Assembly (NCBI GenBank): GCA_963667035.1
Contig: OY762964.1
Location: 2,624,001-2,688,000 of the forward strand
DNA: 64,000 nucleotides
Direction of reading: 5' to 3'
DNA from: Candidatus Cloacimonadales bacterium
Lineage (GTDB): Bacteria > Cloacimonadota > Cloacimonadia > Cloacimonadales > JAFGVF01
Below are positions 1 through 9,933 of this stretch, in pieces (the first letter of the stretch is position 1; every line of letters begins with the position of its first letter). Made by a program: the position numbers and the translations under genes. The notes beneath the pieces are model-generated. The model saw only the letters and a program-made list of their open reading frames with translations, was not told the DNA's origin and ran no database searches.

Positions 1-182
1 AACCGATCATTCCTTAAATCAGATAAGATATATTCAATTCCCTGGGGAACTGTAGGTCTTATCTCATAGTTGAGAAGCTTAAAACCGTTATGGATTCTCT
101 TGAGGTGAACCATTTTCACACTATGGCTACCGATATCAATTCCAAGAGACTCTTTAAATTTAACGGTTTTCTTTTTTTTCAT
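1..182 (-). CDS. pilM: Type IV pilus assembly protein PilM, N-terminal part (runs off window start)
   Basis: Not in ORF track. Manual translation from ATG at 182: MKKKKTVKFKESLGIDIGSHSVKMVHLKRIHNGFKLLNYEIRP..., the actin-like GIDIGSxSVK motif of PilM; GAGG RBS upstream; directly downstream of minor pilin genes. Confidence 0.85.
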   Translation of the reverse strand, partial: MKKKKTVKFKESLGIDIGSHSVKMVHLKRIHNGFKLLNYEIRPTVPQGIEYILSDLRNDR

Positions 183-207
183 ATTGCCTCTTTAATCTTA
201 AATAATA

Positions 208-2172
208 TTAGAATGATGAAGGAGGTCTCTTGAATCTTGCCGATTCAGCGTCGAACGGACTTAAACCTCTTTCTACATGAACACTAGGATAATTAGGTGG
301 TTGATATGATTCGAATCTGGTATCGAACATATAGACTTTATCATATCCTTCACCGGAAGTTGGACAATCGCCACCGTATTGAGCTACATTGTCGATATTT
401 TGATTATCAAAACGCCAAATACCCTGCTGTCTATTTGCATTATCAAAGTTAGACCTGTGGACATAGCCGCGTCTTCTTTGAGCAACAGAACCAAATAGAT
501 ATATGGATCCTCGATCACCAGCCATTGATGTTGTAGTGGCGTTTAACTCCGGGTATAACGGATTATAGAATGGATAATCCAAATCCCCGGGCCAGGAATT
601 AGCCTCCCTTGTAGGACCATAATCAATTATATATCCATAGTCTGTAGGTTGGTAACCTAAAGCCGGGATATATGACATACCAACTAAATCCGGATATGGT
701 ATTTCCTGTTGAGTAAAAACAGTATCCATCTCTGGATCATATATAGAAAATAGATTACCATTATTATATGCATTATAAATCACATCTGGATGTGTAGAGA
801 AATGTGGGTGCATATATTCAAATGTAAACACCCCATCATAATTCGGATTACCATCACCATCTCCCAAGGCACAAAGAGCTGCATATATGTATATATCATC
901 ACTATTAGGATGACGTCTTGGATATACACCATCTACGGCACTCTCCATTAAGTCGGGCATCCCATATTTGATAACTATATTTTTCTCAGAAACGATACCG
1001 ACATAATCATTACGGTTCAATGTAAGTGGATCATCTGGTTTATCCCCAATCGCAGTTCCATCTAAAAGGATACTTCCGGCAAGGAATAAAGTATCTGAAC
1101 AAGCCCAGGTTTGGGATCCTGCAAATCTTCCTTCAAGCCATAACTGAGGTCCATCAATCATGACAGAGCTCCCTGACGGACAAGTGGGCGAAAATGATGA
1201 CCAAATCGTATCCTTTATCGTTACATGATTAACTGCCGTTCTATCTCTAACCAGCTGAAACGGCCACTCAGTACCTTCATAATCCGTCCAAGTACCTGGA
1301 TCAGGAACTAGATTAATCATAGAATCAACATAAGCAGTTATATATCCTTGGTACCCTTGTGTTGAAGCACCCTGAGAGTTAACATATAATATTTGGCAAT
1401 TCAGGTCTAGAGTGGTTCCAAATGCTCGAATTTCATCTGCTGTAGGATTGAAAACTAATTCACCAGCATTTTCTTCATATCCATCTCTGAATATCTGATC
1501 CATTGGACCTGCTGAATTCAACCATTCAATCTCACCAGAAGTCGAAACGTGACCGAAGAAACATGGCCAAGCTCCGTTATATTCGTTGTTACCACCATTT
1601 TGTATAACTATACTACTATTACTATGAATACGTCCATAGATAACGTCATTTCCCCAAAATCTCACACTAGTATCATTGGTAGACATTTCGTTATCAGTAA
1701 AGTAGTGATATCCGGCAAATGACATTTGTTCAAGATCCCATTCACCATATTTCTTTATACTAGATTCGTTTCTAGGAGTAAGGAAGCCACCTAACGCTCC
1801 CCTTTTCCCTCTAACGAGACTCTGAACTATACTACCAGATGCAACTGCGTGATCGCCTGCATTATATTCTGATTTAGGAACAAGCTTACTCTTCATGTAG
1901 TAGCTTCTTCTCATATTCTTTGAACTAATTTGAACTCTTTTTTCAGGAAAACTAAGAGTTCCTTGGTAATTAACACTTCTTTTAACATACAAGCCTCTGT
2001 CTAATTCTGATCTTAGAAGATGTAGTTCCTGTAAAGCGTCATACTGTTGAGAATAGGTAGCTGTATCCATGCTAGACATAACTGCCATTGCTATACTAGA
2101 AAGTACAGCTATTATAGCAACTACTATCGCAAGTGACAAGCTTCCATTCTGGTCAAGAATTCTTCTTTTCAT
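208..2172 (-). CDS. Large PilX/GspK-like minor pilin (654 aa) with extended C-terminal domain
   Basis: Prepilin-like N-terminus (QNG|SLSLAIVVAII, no Glu5 as in PilX/GspK class) followed by hydrophobic helix; third of three consecutive prepilin-like genes. Confidence 0.65.
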   Translation of the reverse strand: MKRRILDQNGSLSLAIVVAIIAVLSSIAMAVMSSMDTATYSQQYDALQELHLLRSELDRGLYVKRSVNYQGTLSFPEKRVQISSKNMRRSYYMKSKLVPKSEYNAGDHAVASGSIVQSLVRGKRGALGGFLTPRNESSIKKYGEWDLEQMSFAGYHYFTDNEMSTNDTSVRFWGNDVIYGRIHSNSSIVIQNGGNNEYNGAWPCFFGHVSTSGEIEWLNSAGPMDQIFRDGYEENAGELVFNPTADEIRAFGTTLDLNCQILYVNSQGASTQGYQGYITAYVDSMINLVPDPGTWTDYEGTEWPFQLVRDRTAVNHVTIKDTIWSSFSPTCPSGSSVMIDGPQLWLEGRFAGSQTWACSDTLFLAGSILLDGTAIGDKPDDPLTLNRNDYVGIVSEKNIVIKYGMPDLMESAVDGVYPRRHPNSDDIYIYAALCALGDGDGNPNYDGVFTFEYMHPHFSTHPDVIYNAYNNGNLFSIYDPEMDTVFTQQEIPYPDLVGMSYIPALGYQPTDYGYIIDYGPTREANSWPGDLDYPFYNPLYPELNATTTSMAGDRGSIYLFGSVAQRRRGYVHRSNFDNANRQQGIWRFDNQNIDNVAQYGGDCPTSGEGYDKVYMFDTRFESYQPPNYPSVHVERGLSPFDAESARFKRPPSSF

Positions 2173-2184
2173 GGTTACTTCCTT

Positions 2185-2838
2185 TTACTCATTAGCCCCA
2201 GAGTTATCACTTTCTGTGTTTTCTTGTTTGTTAATTATCGTTGTCATAGCAGTCTTATATCTTACAGGAAAGACTTTACCTTTATACCTCAACTCTGCTT
2301 CAAGAACTATTTCAATTAGCCTTGCAGGGTTTAACTGATAAATAGCTGTGTTAGCTTGATTTAGCATTGTTACACTAAAATTAGTAACAAAGATTCTATT
2401 ATCATACTTCCCCGGAAACAAAATTATCGGAGAAGGAGGCCCAACAGATTGATAAAGGTAGGTACCTTTTATCTTTCCGTCATCAAGGTAGTATTCTGAA
2501 AAATCAAAATACCCCCCCTGTTGTATTGAAGGTACTACTCTAACACCCCTACCTTCAGCACTGCTAAATCCTCTTGTTATCCTCAGCTCGTTAGCACTGG
2601 CAACTCCATAAAAATAAGTCTCAGAACCTGATCCTAGAGGTAAACCATATTTAATGGTATCAAGAGTATTAAAGGCTTCTTGATACAAATAAGTCCTTAA
2701 TCTGTATTCTTCATATTTATTGAAAAATGCGATTATGGCCCAGATGGCTCCAACGGTAACAATAACGGATATAAGCATGGAAGCAGCAAGTTCTGATATT
2801 GTGAATCCATTCTCAGATTTAAAATAATACTTTTTCAT
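2185..2838 (-). CDS. Minor pilin, PilW-like
   Basis: Class III signal ENG|FTISEL followed by hydrophobic helix; position in pil operon. Confidence 0.75.
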   Translation of the reverse strand: MKKYYFKSENGFTISELAASMLISVIVTVGAIWAIIAFFNKYEEYRLRTYLYQEAFNTLDTIKYGLPLGSGSETYFYGVASANELRITRGFSSAEGRGVRVVPSIQQGGYFDFSEYYLDDGKIKGTYLYQSVGPPSPIILFPGKYDNRIFVTNFSVTMLNQANTAIYQLNPARLIEIVLEAELRYKGKVFPVRYKTAMTTIINKQENTESDNSGANE

Positions 2839-2847
2839 CTTATCCGC

Positions 2848-3267
2848 CTATTCTCTATAAAAATCTTCTCGTAAGACAATTTCTCGTTGTTCTCCACCTG
2901 CACGTTCCGTCCACTGAACACTTATTTCTATCGCAGTATATGGGATGTTTTGAAGAACGATATCCGGCGGAACAATAGCTAATTTCTCATAATGCATTGT
3001 TCCATCAATTCTAATAGGTCCTTGATCGTCTATAAGCACCGTTTTATCCTGGAAGGGTGATAGTTGTTTTCCATAGGTATTATATGAGAATCTTTGTTTA
3101 TCAAGCTCACCCGCAGCATGCCATAAAGCAACGCGGTCATGATAGTTTCTCATTATATTCCTTTCAACATATACAATCCCAACGTATAGAGCTATAGAAG
3201 CAATCACCACTATAATTGCTGAAGCTATTACTTCTGCTAGTGTGAATCCGTTTTCGTTCTTATACAT
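2848..3267 (-). CDS. Minor pilin, PilV-like
   Basis: Class III signal ENG|FTLAEV, hydrophobic helix, C-terminal 'EISVQW' typical of PilV-type pilins. Confidence 0.75.
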   Translation of the reverse strand: MYKNENGFTLAEVIASAIIVVIASIALYVGIVYVERNIMRNYHDRVALWHAAGELDKQRFSYNTYGKQLSPFQDKTVLIDDQGPIRIDGTMHYEKLAIVPPDIVLQNIPYTAIEISVQWTERAGGEQREIVLREDFYRE

Positions 3268-3280
3268 ATCTTTTCTTTAT

Positions 3281-4336
3281 TTAGAAGCCTACGCCAGTGG
3301 CGAACATCTTCTTGTTATCAGCAATCTGCTCTGCAAGCTGGCGATCAACATAACCGTTCATAACCAAGTTATACAGAGATTGATCTTTGGTCTGCATACC
3401 TTCCTTCGTTCCGGATTGAATAACAGATGGTATCTGATATGTCTTCTCTTCACGAATAAGATTTCGTACAGCAGAGTTTGCAATCATTATCTCAAGTGCA
3501 GGGATACGAGCCTTTCCATCCTTTGTAGGGAGGAGAGTCTGAGATATAACTGCCTCAAGAGATTCAGACAACATTGATCTAACCTGTTGCTGTTGTTCTT
3601 TAGGGAACATGTCAATAATACGGTCGATTGATTTTGTTGCACTTCCTGTATGAAGAGTTGCAAACACAAGGTGACCGGTTTCAGCTGCGGTTAAAGCAAG
3701 CGAAACAGTTTCAAGATCACGCATCTCACCCACAAGTATTACATCAGGGTCTTCACGGAGAGCCGAACGCAATGCTGCGGTAAAAGACCAAGTATCATGA
3801 CCTAATTCCCTTTGGTTAATTAATGAGCCCTTACTTCTATGTACAAACTCAATTGGATCTTCGATTGTGATAATATGACAAGCTTTCTTGTCATTAATGT
3901 GGTCAATCATCGTTGCCAAAGTAGTTGACTTACCACTTCCGGTAGGTCCTGTCACCAGGATTAATCCCTTTTCTTTGTAACAAAGTTTTCTCATTGACTC
4001 CGGAATATGGAGTTCTTCGAAACCTTTAATTTCATTAGGAATTACACGGAAGGCTGCAGCCAAACCATTGATCTGATGAAACGCATTAACACGGAATCTT
4101 ACGTCGTTTGAAAGTTTACAAGAAAAGTCGAATTCCAAGTTTTTCTTGAACAAAGCTTTCTGTGCATCTGTCATTACTCCAAATATCAGATGAGCAATTT
4201 CTTCATCCGATAATTGAGGAATGTTTAGACGCTTCATGATTCCGTTTACACGAACCATCGGATGAGAACCCGCACTTATGTGAAGGTCTGAAGCCCCGGC
4301 GTCAGATGTAAACTTCAGTAATTCTTGAATCGTCAA
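3281..4336 (-). CDS. pilT: Type IV pilus retraction ATPase PilT
   Basis: ASDLHIS, Walker A GPTGSGKST, TIEDPIEF, ALREDPDVILVGEMRD, AETGHLVFATLH, AVRNLIRE (AIRNLIRE motif); TTG start with GGAGG RBS. Confidence 0.97.
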   Translation of the reverse strand: MTIQELLKFTSDAGASDLHISAGSHPMVRVNGIMKRLNIPQLSDEEIAHLIFGVMTDAQKALFKKNLEFDFSCKLSNDVRFRVNAFHQINGLAAAFRVIPNEIKGFEELHIPESMRKLCYKEKGLILVTGPTGSGKSTTLATMIDHINDKKACHIITIEDPIEFVHRSKGSLINQRELGHDTWSFTAALRSALREDPDVILVGEMRDLETVSLALTAAETGHLVFATLHTGSATKSIDRIIDMFPKEQQQQVRSMLSESLEAVISQTLLPTKDGKARIPALEIMIANSAVRNLIREEKTYQIPSVIQSGTKEGMQTKDQSLYNLVMNGYVDRQLAEQIADNKKMFATGVGF

Positions 4337-4349
4337 TTTTTCCTCCAGT

Positions 4350-4372
4350 AGACACCCTAACTACGGGTATCT
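4350..4372 (-). other. Intercistronic stem-loop between pilin and pilT
   Basis: Minus strand AGATACCC-GTAGTTA-GGGTGTCT (8-bp stem with one G-U), no U tract, immediately upstream of the pilT RBS; may stabilise pilin mRNA or attenuate downstream genes (inference). Confidence 0.5.
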
Positions 4373-4404
4373 GGTTTCAGTCAATAATCTGCTAAAATGC
4401 TAGA

Positions 4405-4836
4405 TTATTCTTGTCCGCCGGAATCGATGTCTGTCCACTCATCAATACCATAGCCATGATAAGCAGCTTCATCTTCGTCATACCATACCTGCTTGCCTTC
4501 GCCTGCAGGGAAATCAGCTGTAGAAGTAGCAAGATACTTCTTAGGTGGATTTCCAACTACTTCGAAATCCCAGTTAGTTGTTGTACCTTTACCAAGTTTA
4601 GCTTCGTCCATTGCATCTTCAATTGTGAAGTCATCTGTTGTTCCATAGTTTTGTAATCTGATGTCAAAAGCGTTTCTGATAGCTCTTAAAGCTGTCTGAG
4701 CTTCTGTTGATCTTGATTTCTCAACATAACGCATATAGCGTGGAACTGCAAACGCTGCAAGGATAGCAACGATGATAACAACAACAAGGATTTCAATAAG
4801 AGTAAATCCTTTCTGATTCTTAAGGTAACGTGACAT
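4405..4836 (-). CDS. Type IV pilin, probable major pilin
   Basis: QKG|FTLIEILVVVIIVAILAAFAVP N-methylation motif; AGGAGG RBS; first gene after sigma54 promoter. Confidence 0.9.
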   Translation of the reverse strand: MSRYLKNQKGFTLIEILVVVIIVAILAAFAVPRYMRYVEKSRSTEAQTALRAIRNAFDIRLQNYGTTDDFTIEDAMDEAKLGKGTTTNWDFEVVGNPPKKYLATSTADFPAGEGKQVWYDEDEAAYHGYGIDEWTDIDSGGQE

Positions 4837-4878
4837 GGTTTCCTCCTGTCTTTAGATTTTGATACGTATTTTATGTTT

Positions 4879-4895
4879 TGCACATTTCATGCCAA
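4879..4895 (-). promoter_or_regulatory. sigma54 (-24/-12) promoter of the pilin operon
   Basis: Minus strand TTGGCATGAAATGTGCA: GG-N10-GC spacing, matches TGGCAC-N5-TTGC consensus, ~40 bp upstream of the pilin ATG. Confidence 0.8.
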
Positions 4896-5272
4896 AAACA
4901 CACTTTTTACTCATTATTTACATTTGGATAATAAAACGATAGTGCTTTATAAAGTCAAATAAAAATTTGCTACTTTCCTCTCTTTTACTTTTTTCGCTTA
5001 TTCTGAGTCACACTATACTTATTCTTTATATACTTAAAAGTCATAACTTTAGCTAACTAACAAATCAATTTCAGCTTCTTTCAATATTGAGCTTTCTCAT
5101 TAATTATTAGTTAGTTAGCAAATAATATCTATCAATTCGCAACTACCTACGATCTTTCATTTATCAGTCTCTAGTTAAATAGTCCGGAAAATGCCGACTA
5201 TTCTCTAATTTCTTTGCTTACTAACAGATTGTTAACTTTGTTACTCACATTATAACTAAGTATGCAATCAGC

Positions 5273-5947
5273 TTATTTGACTTGTATAATGAAGGTTTTG
5301 GCTATTACACTTGTACCATTCTCATTATACGGTTCTACACTCCAGTAATATTCTACCCCGGATTTTACTTCAATCTCATACTCAGTTTCACTTATGTCAG
5401 CAATTTCTGTCATATAGTTAGAATTTACGCCAAGGTATAGTTTATATCCTGTTGCTCTATCAATATTCTCCCATTTTAACAGCACTACCCCTGCCTCTAC
5501 TTCAGTTTCAGACAATAATGAACTAATTACAGGAGCTGGAGGTGCATTTTCTGTTGAAAGAATAACCAAATCTTTATAATATATAAAGCTAGTCTCTAGT
5601 TCAGTCTCTTGAGTCACATGGGCAATAGCTCCTGTCTTTAGATTCAAAATTAGTACATGAATTGTCTCAGTTTTCCCCATAGGAATTTGGAAATCAGAAG
5701 TCTGAATCTGGATAACAGATTCATTTCTATCTTCCATAATAAAGTATTTTGAGCCATTTGACGAGTTATTAGTCAAGATATCTCCAGGTGAGCTCTCCTT
5801 CCAAGCTTCCCAATAAAGTTCATCTTCTTTAATTGGTGAAAACTCACTTGTTTGACATCTTACAAGCACTGAGAATGGTATAGAATTAGGGATACACATC
5901 ATTATATTCGAAATTCCTAAAATTAACAGTATTGTAAATAATTTCAT
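5273..5947 (-). CDS. Secreted protein: uncharacterised N-terminal domain plus FN3-like domain
   Basis: Signal peptide; C-terminal LKW...ATGYKLYLG...YYWSVEPYNENG FN3 pattern; N-domain resembles that of 6759..8375. Confidence 0.65.
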   Translation of the reverse strand: MKLFTILLILGISNIMMCIPNSIPFSVLVRCQTSEFSPIKEDELYWEAWKESSPGDILTNNSSNGSKYFIMEDRNESVIQIQTSDFQIPMGKTETIHVLILNLKTGAIAHVTQETELETSFIYYKDLVILSTENAPPAPVISSLLSETEVEAGVVLLKWENIDRATGYKLYLGVNSNYMTEIADISETEYEIEVKSGVEYYWSVEPYNENGTSVIAKTFIIQVK

Positions 5948-5948
5948 G

Positions 5949-6698
5949 TTATACCTTTTCTGCTATAATTATTAGTCTATCACTACTACCAGTGAATAGA
6001 TTCAAGTTAAAGTCACCATATATGTTTTCAATTTTAAATCCGCAAAGTTCCAACATATCTTGCATTTTGTTTACAGTTACTTCTTTCAATTTTAAAGTAT
6101 GCAAAAATAATTTTTCTTCAGTATTCTTTATAACATATCTATCATTCCATGTAGTTATTTTAGTATCGCTGTCAACAAAGTGACTTGTATACATCTCAAC
6201 TTTACATTCAAATTTAGGATGAAATTCTTCATACAGCTTTATTTCAGTCTGAATAATCGGTATGCTGCAGATATATGGATCTAAATCGAAAGCAATATGA
6301 CCACCCGATTTTATGATATTCTTCATATTATTCAGTGCTTTCATTTGCTCTTCTCTAGTCAATAAGTATTGGAACGTTGTATATGTAACAATACAGAATT
6401 CGTAGCTCCTATTATCAGTGTAGTCAAGCATATCACCGACACAAGAAGTTAATCCGTTAGTTTGTTGTACTTCCATTCTGCTAATAAATGTCTCGGATTT
6501 ATCAATTGCTTTAACAACACAACCGTTCTCTGCAAGAAATTTGGATATTCTGCCGGTTCCGGCTCCAAATTCAATAACATTTTTACCGTAACGCTTGCAA
6601 AGTGTCAACCACATTCGTTTGTCATTATCCTGCTCTTTATTTAGTAGCGATAATTCCCAATCATAGAAATCAACAAAATCATCCCAATTTGTTTCCAC
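5949..6698 (-). CDS. Class I SAM-dependent methyltransferase
   Basis: Motif I VIEFGAGTGRI, AIDKS, VGDM, and ENIYGDF C-terminal motif. Confidence 0.88.
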   Translation of the reverse strand: METNWDDFVDFYDWELSLLNKEQDNDKRMWLTLCKRYGKNVIEFGAGTGRISKFLAENGCVVKAIDKSETFISRMEVQQTNGLTSCVGDMLDYTDNRSYEFCIVTYTTFQYLLTREEQMKALNNMKNIIKSGGHIAFDLDPYICSIPIIQTEIKLYEEFHPKFECKVEMYTSHFVDSDTKITTWNDRYVIKNTEEKLFLHTLKLKEVTVNKMQDMLELCGFKIENIYGDFNLNLFTGSSDRLIIIAEKV

Positions 6699-6714
6699 TC
6701 ATTCTCCAATATGT

Positions 6715-6740
6715 AAAAAAGGGCAGGTAAACCTGCCCTT
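6715..6740 (-). terminator. Rho-independent terminator after 6759..8375
   Basis: Minus strand AAGGGCAGGT-TT-ACCTGCCC followed by TTTTTT. Confidence 0.85.
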
Positions 6741-6758
6741 AATATATTCATTTTAACC

Positions 6759-8375
6759 TTATTTTACAACAACAACTTTCTTTGTTTGTGTATTAGAAGG
6801 TGATGAGAGTCTGAAGAAATAGATACCGCTTCCACAAACTTTACCGTTATCGTTTGTACGATCCCAATTAATTCTAGTGCTTTCATGAGCTGTAAAACTT
6901 CTTACAGCCTGACCAAGAATATTGTATACGGTAACATTAGCAACTTCACCATCTTTAACGGCAAGTTCAAGATTAGTTGAATTTGTAAATGGATTAGGAT
7001 AAGCATTACCTAATATTGTGCGTACAACAGGAACAAACTCTTCTTCTTTAAGTTCAATAGAAACCGGACCATGATAGCTTATGTTTCCATCAATTGCAAC
7101 TGTCTGTAACCAATAAGTATAAACCATATTAGTATCAAGTTCTTTATTATCGTTAACTCTATAAGAATGAGGACCCATAGCGTTTTGTGAGCCTATTTTA
7201 ACAGCAGAATCGATATCTGAGTTATCTGATCTTAAAACGTTGAACAATAATACATCTGTTTCTGTTGCAGTTTCCCAAGAAATATCTACAGAACCTTTAT
7301 CCATACCAATAGCTAAGTTAAGAGGTCTAGCAAATTCTACGTTTGTATTGGGGTCATTATCTTGGTAGATAACAAACTGCTCAGTAGACCTACCGGCTGT
7401 AAATGTCCAAGTAAAAGTAACTTTACCAGCTACATAATCAAAGACTGCTCCAGGGATAATACCTGAACCGATATGAGCAACAACACCATCAGTAGGAACT
7501 GTATTATTTAAAACAATAGTCAGTTCAATAGCGGCATTGATTGTTATATTGTATTGTTCGTTAAAAACATCTTCCGGATCTAATGGATAACCTGAACCAT
7601 CACCCATGTCAACTGTAGGAGCCGGTGTTCCTTCAGGAATATCACCTTCAAAATCAACACCATCACCCGGATTATGATATGGTACAGTTGTGAAAGACCA
7701 TACAGGACATTCGACTGCATCACCTTCGCCATTGAAAGGAACAACCTGCCAGTAATATGTTTTTTCATAATCAAGGGCAGGGTTGAAAGTTGTTTCAACT
7801 TGGTTAGCAATTTCTTCAACTGGTGGATTCTCTGTTCCGAAATATACTTTGTAACCTGTAGCACCCGGTGCTACATTCCAGCTAAGTTCTACATCAATTG
7901 CTGCATCAGCAGTTGCATCAGCTGGTGCAACCAATGTTGTTGGGTCTGGAACTGGGGTTACCCCGGCAATCATTGTGATAGGATTAGGAACTCCTGTCCA
8001 ATATTGGAAACCTTCAGCAGCGCCAGTTATAGTTTCAGTGATTTCTAAGTAATCACCTGTTGAAATCTGCTCAACACGAATATCTACAACATGACCGGCA
8101 GCCCATGGAGTATCCCAACCTGCACATTGAATGTTTAATGCAGAAAAACCGTAACCGTTCAAATCTTCATTATAATTTGTTCCGCCAAGATGCTCATCAC
8201 TTAATATTTCAGTTGGGAATTCAGCGGTTCTAACTGCAGACCAAGTAATATCTGCTTGAGGAACTGTTGCTCCTTCAGAGTTTACGAATCCAACCATAAT
8301 TGTATAAGGTTGTGCGAAAACAACGCCTACAAGACCAATTAATAAAAATAATGATATAAGAATTTTTTTCATCAT
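6759..8375 (-). CDS. Secreted FN3-domain protein with FlgD-Ig/T9SS type A-like C-terminal domain
   Basis: Signal peptide; FN3 repeat (LSWNVAPGATGYKVYFGTENPP...YYWQVVPFN); SWETATETD..FNVLRS domain; C-terminal LGNAYPNPF...VYNILGQ...SGIYFFRL. Confidence 0.8.
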   Translation of the reverse strand: MMKKILISLFLLIGLVGVVFAQPYTIMVGFVNSEGATVPQADITWSAVRTAEFPTEILSDEHLGGTNYNEDLNGYGFSALNIQCAGWDTPWAAGHVVDIRVEQISTGDYLEITETITGAAEGFQYWTGVPNPITMIAGVTPVPDPTTLVAPADATADAAIDVELSWNVAPGATGYKVYFGTENPPVEEIANQVETTFNPALDYEKTYYWQVVPFNGEGDAVECPVWSFTTVPYHNPGDGVDFEGDIPEGTPAPTVDMGDGSGYPLDPEDVFNEQYNITINAAIELTIVLNNTVPTDGVVAHIGSGIIPGAVFDYVAGKVTFTWTFTAGRSTEQFVIYQDNDPNTNVEFARPLNLAIGMDKGSVDISWETATETDVLLFNVLRSDNSDIDSAVKIGSQNAMGPHSYRVNDNKELDTNMVYTYWLQTVAIDGNISYHGPVSIELKEEEFVPVVRTILGNAYPNPFTNSTNLELAVKDGEVANVTVYNILGQAVRSFTAHESTRINWDRTNDNGKVCGSGIYFFRLSSPSNTQTKKVVVVK

Positions 8376-8385
8376 TTACCTCTTT

Positions 8386-9054
8386 TTACTTTATAGTTCT
8401 TCCAAATGCTCTTCCATGTGAAGATTGGAAATTACTATTACTATTTATCATTGTCCTGACTTCAGGAGCAGGCCATGTAGAAGCAGTAGTGACATTAACC
8501 ATAAAAGGCATAGCAATATCAGTATCAAATGAACCACTCCAACCAAACATACCAGTTACATATTGATTCCAAGATTGACTTGAAGCATTCCAACTAGAAA
8601 TAGATGTTGCACCGATTTCATCACCTACAGTGCTAGAGAGTAAAAGGTCAGATCTATCTAATGGAATCATAACCAGATTTGATCCAACTTCCAAATTGTA
8701 ATTTGGTTGAGTTATCATAGAACCTGCACAATAGAAAGTACCAGCAGCAGTAACATTCAGCATTATACCCATTCCATCGGCTAATGTAAATGAACCACTC
8801 CAACCAAACATACCGGTTACATATTGATTCCAAGATTGACTTGAAGCATCCCAATTAGAAATAGATGTTGCACCAATAGCATCACCAAGATCACTACTAG
8901 TTGCATATCCAGACTGCATTGGAAGTGCAATTAAATTACTACCCGCATACAAGTCGTATTTAACATAACCGACTGTTTCGCTGGGGTCTGATTCAACAGC
9001 AATGAGAAAAGTTACAGCTAATAACAATATTAGCGGTATTATTACTTTCTTCAT
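8386..9054 (-). CDS. Secreted protein built from two ~87-aa repeats
   Basis: Signal peptide; two copies of GSNL..IP...IGATSISxWxASSQSWNQYVTGMFGWSGSF; short basic C-terminal tail. Confidence 0.7.
   Translation of the reverse strand: MKKVIIPLILLLAVTFLIAVESDPSETVGYVKYDLYAGSNLIALPMQSGYATSSDLGDAIGATSISNWDASSQSWNQYVTGMFGWSGSFTLADGMGIMLNVTAAGTFYCAGSMITQPNYNLEVGSNLVMIPLDRSDLLLSSTVGDEIGATSISSWNASSQSWNQYVTGMFGWSGSFDTDIAMPFMVNVTTASTWPAPEVRTMINSNSNFQSSHGRAFGRTIK
8527..8877. repeat. Near-identical 90-bp direct repeat pair (8527-8616 and 8788-8877) inside CDS
   Basis: Copies differ at 4 of 90 positions by manual comparison; offset 261 bp (in frame). Confidence 0.9.
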
Positions 9055-9616
9055 AATTCCTCCTAAAATTATTTAAGACCTTACCAAAAACATCCTTATT
9101 TTACACATTCCCACGTTCCCATAATGTTGAGTAATCAAATGTATGTCAAATAGTTTTTCTTTTTTCCTCTATTTAATTGATATGTTAATATTATGCGAAC
9201 TTCCTTTAACCACTAAATTTCAATCAGTTACAGCTATTCCCACATTGCTTTTGATACTAATGCCTCATTCCCTTTATCATTTTCCACCAGTATGTTACAA
9301 GATTTTTACACTTTTTTGTATTTTCTTTGTTTTTCTAATTACATATCGGTTTTAAATTAGATTCGGTTATGTCCATATATGAATTATTACTAGCAACATA
9401 TTTCTAATCATTTCTGAAGGGTCTGTTGTTCGATCTTGTAAAAGTTTCTATAAAACTCTATCCATATCGCTCTTTTTTGATTCACTATTCATGTGTTTGA
9501 ACCTCCTTTTCATTGTCTATAATGTGCTTAATCGCATTGTGAGGTTTTCACACTTTTCTTTTTACTCCCCCAATCAATAATTTCTTCTTTTTGCTTCCAT
9601 TCTGGTATACTTCCAA

Positions 9617-9728
9617 CTACCGATTTCTCGTAAGTTTTTCTCTCATTTCTCTCTCGTTTCTCTCCCGTTGCGAGCAACGGGAGACCAACGGGAGAGCAAC
9701 GGGAGACTAACCCGAGAGAAACCCCAGG
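9617..9728. repeat. 112-bp dyad array of 11-bp units (5 + 5, inverted), copy A
   Basis: ctaccgatttc tcgtaagtttt tctctcatttc tctctcgtttc tctcccgttgc | ga | gcaacgggaga ccaacgggaga gcaacgggaga ctaacccgaga gaaaccccagg; homologous inverted copy at 28215-28326. Confidence 0.85.
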
Positions 9729-9933
9729 TTGGTGGACGTGCAAAATGAGTGAATTAAGAGACAAAAATAGGAGAGAAATAGGAAGGAATAGGAAATTGAT
9801 AAAATGAATTTAGGACAGAATCCGTTGGGTGCATCCCAGTGTAACAATTCAGGTTAAAAGAAAACAGTTTCGAGATGCATCTTAACTCTTTATAGAGTGC
9901 TTGATTATGATACTTAGCTAAATAATCTAGATG

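Noticed and set aside
9367..9507. AGGAGG-preceded short minus-strand frame MNSESKKSDMDRVL*KLLQDRTTDPSEMIRNML, possibly a decayed transposase start
   Set aside because: Internal stop and too short to assign a family by eye; not reported as a feature.
9617..9728. CAACGGGAGA repeats as a CRISPR array
   Set aside because: Units are contiguous 11-mers with no spacers, and no cas genes are present.
9528..9764. 78-aa ORF from the track
   Set aside because: Reads through the 11-bp repeat element, no RBS or recognisable domain; likely spurious.
9824..9888. Imperfect inverted repeat GGTGCATCCC / GAGATGCATC as a mini-MITE
   Set aside because: Single copy, weak match, no target duplication recognised.
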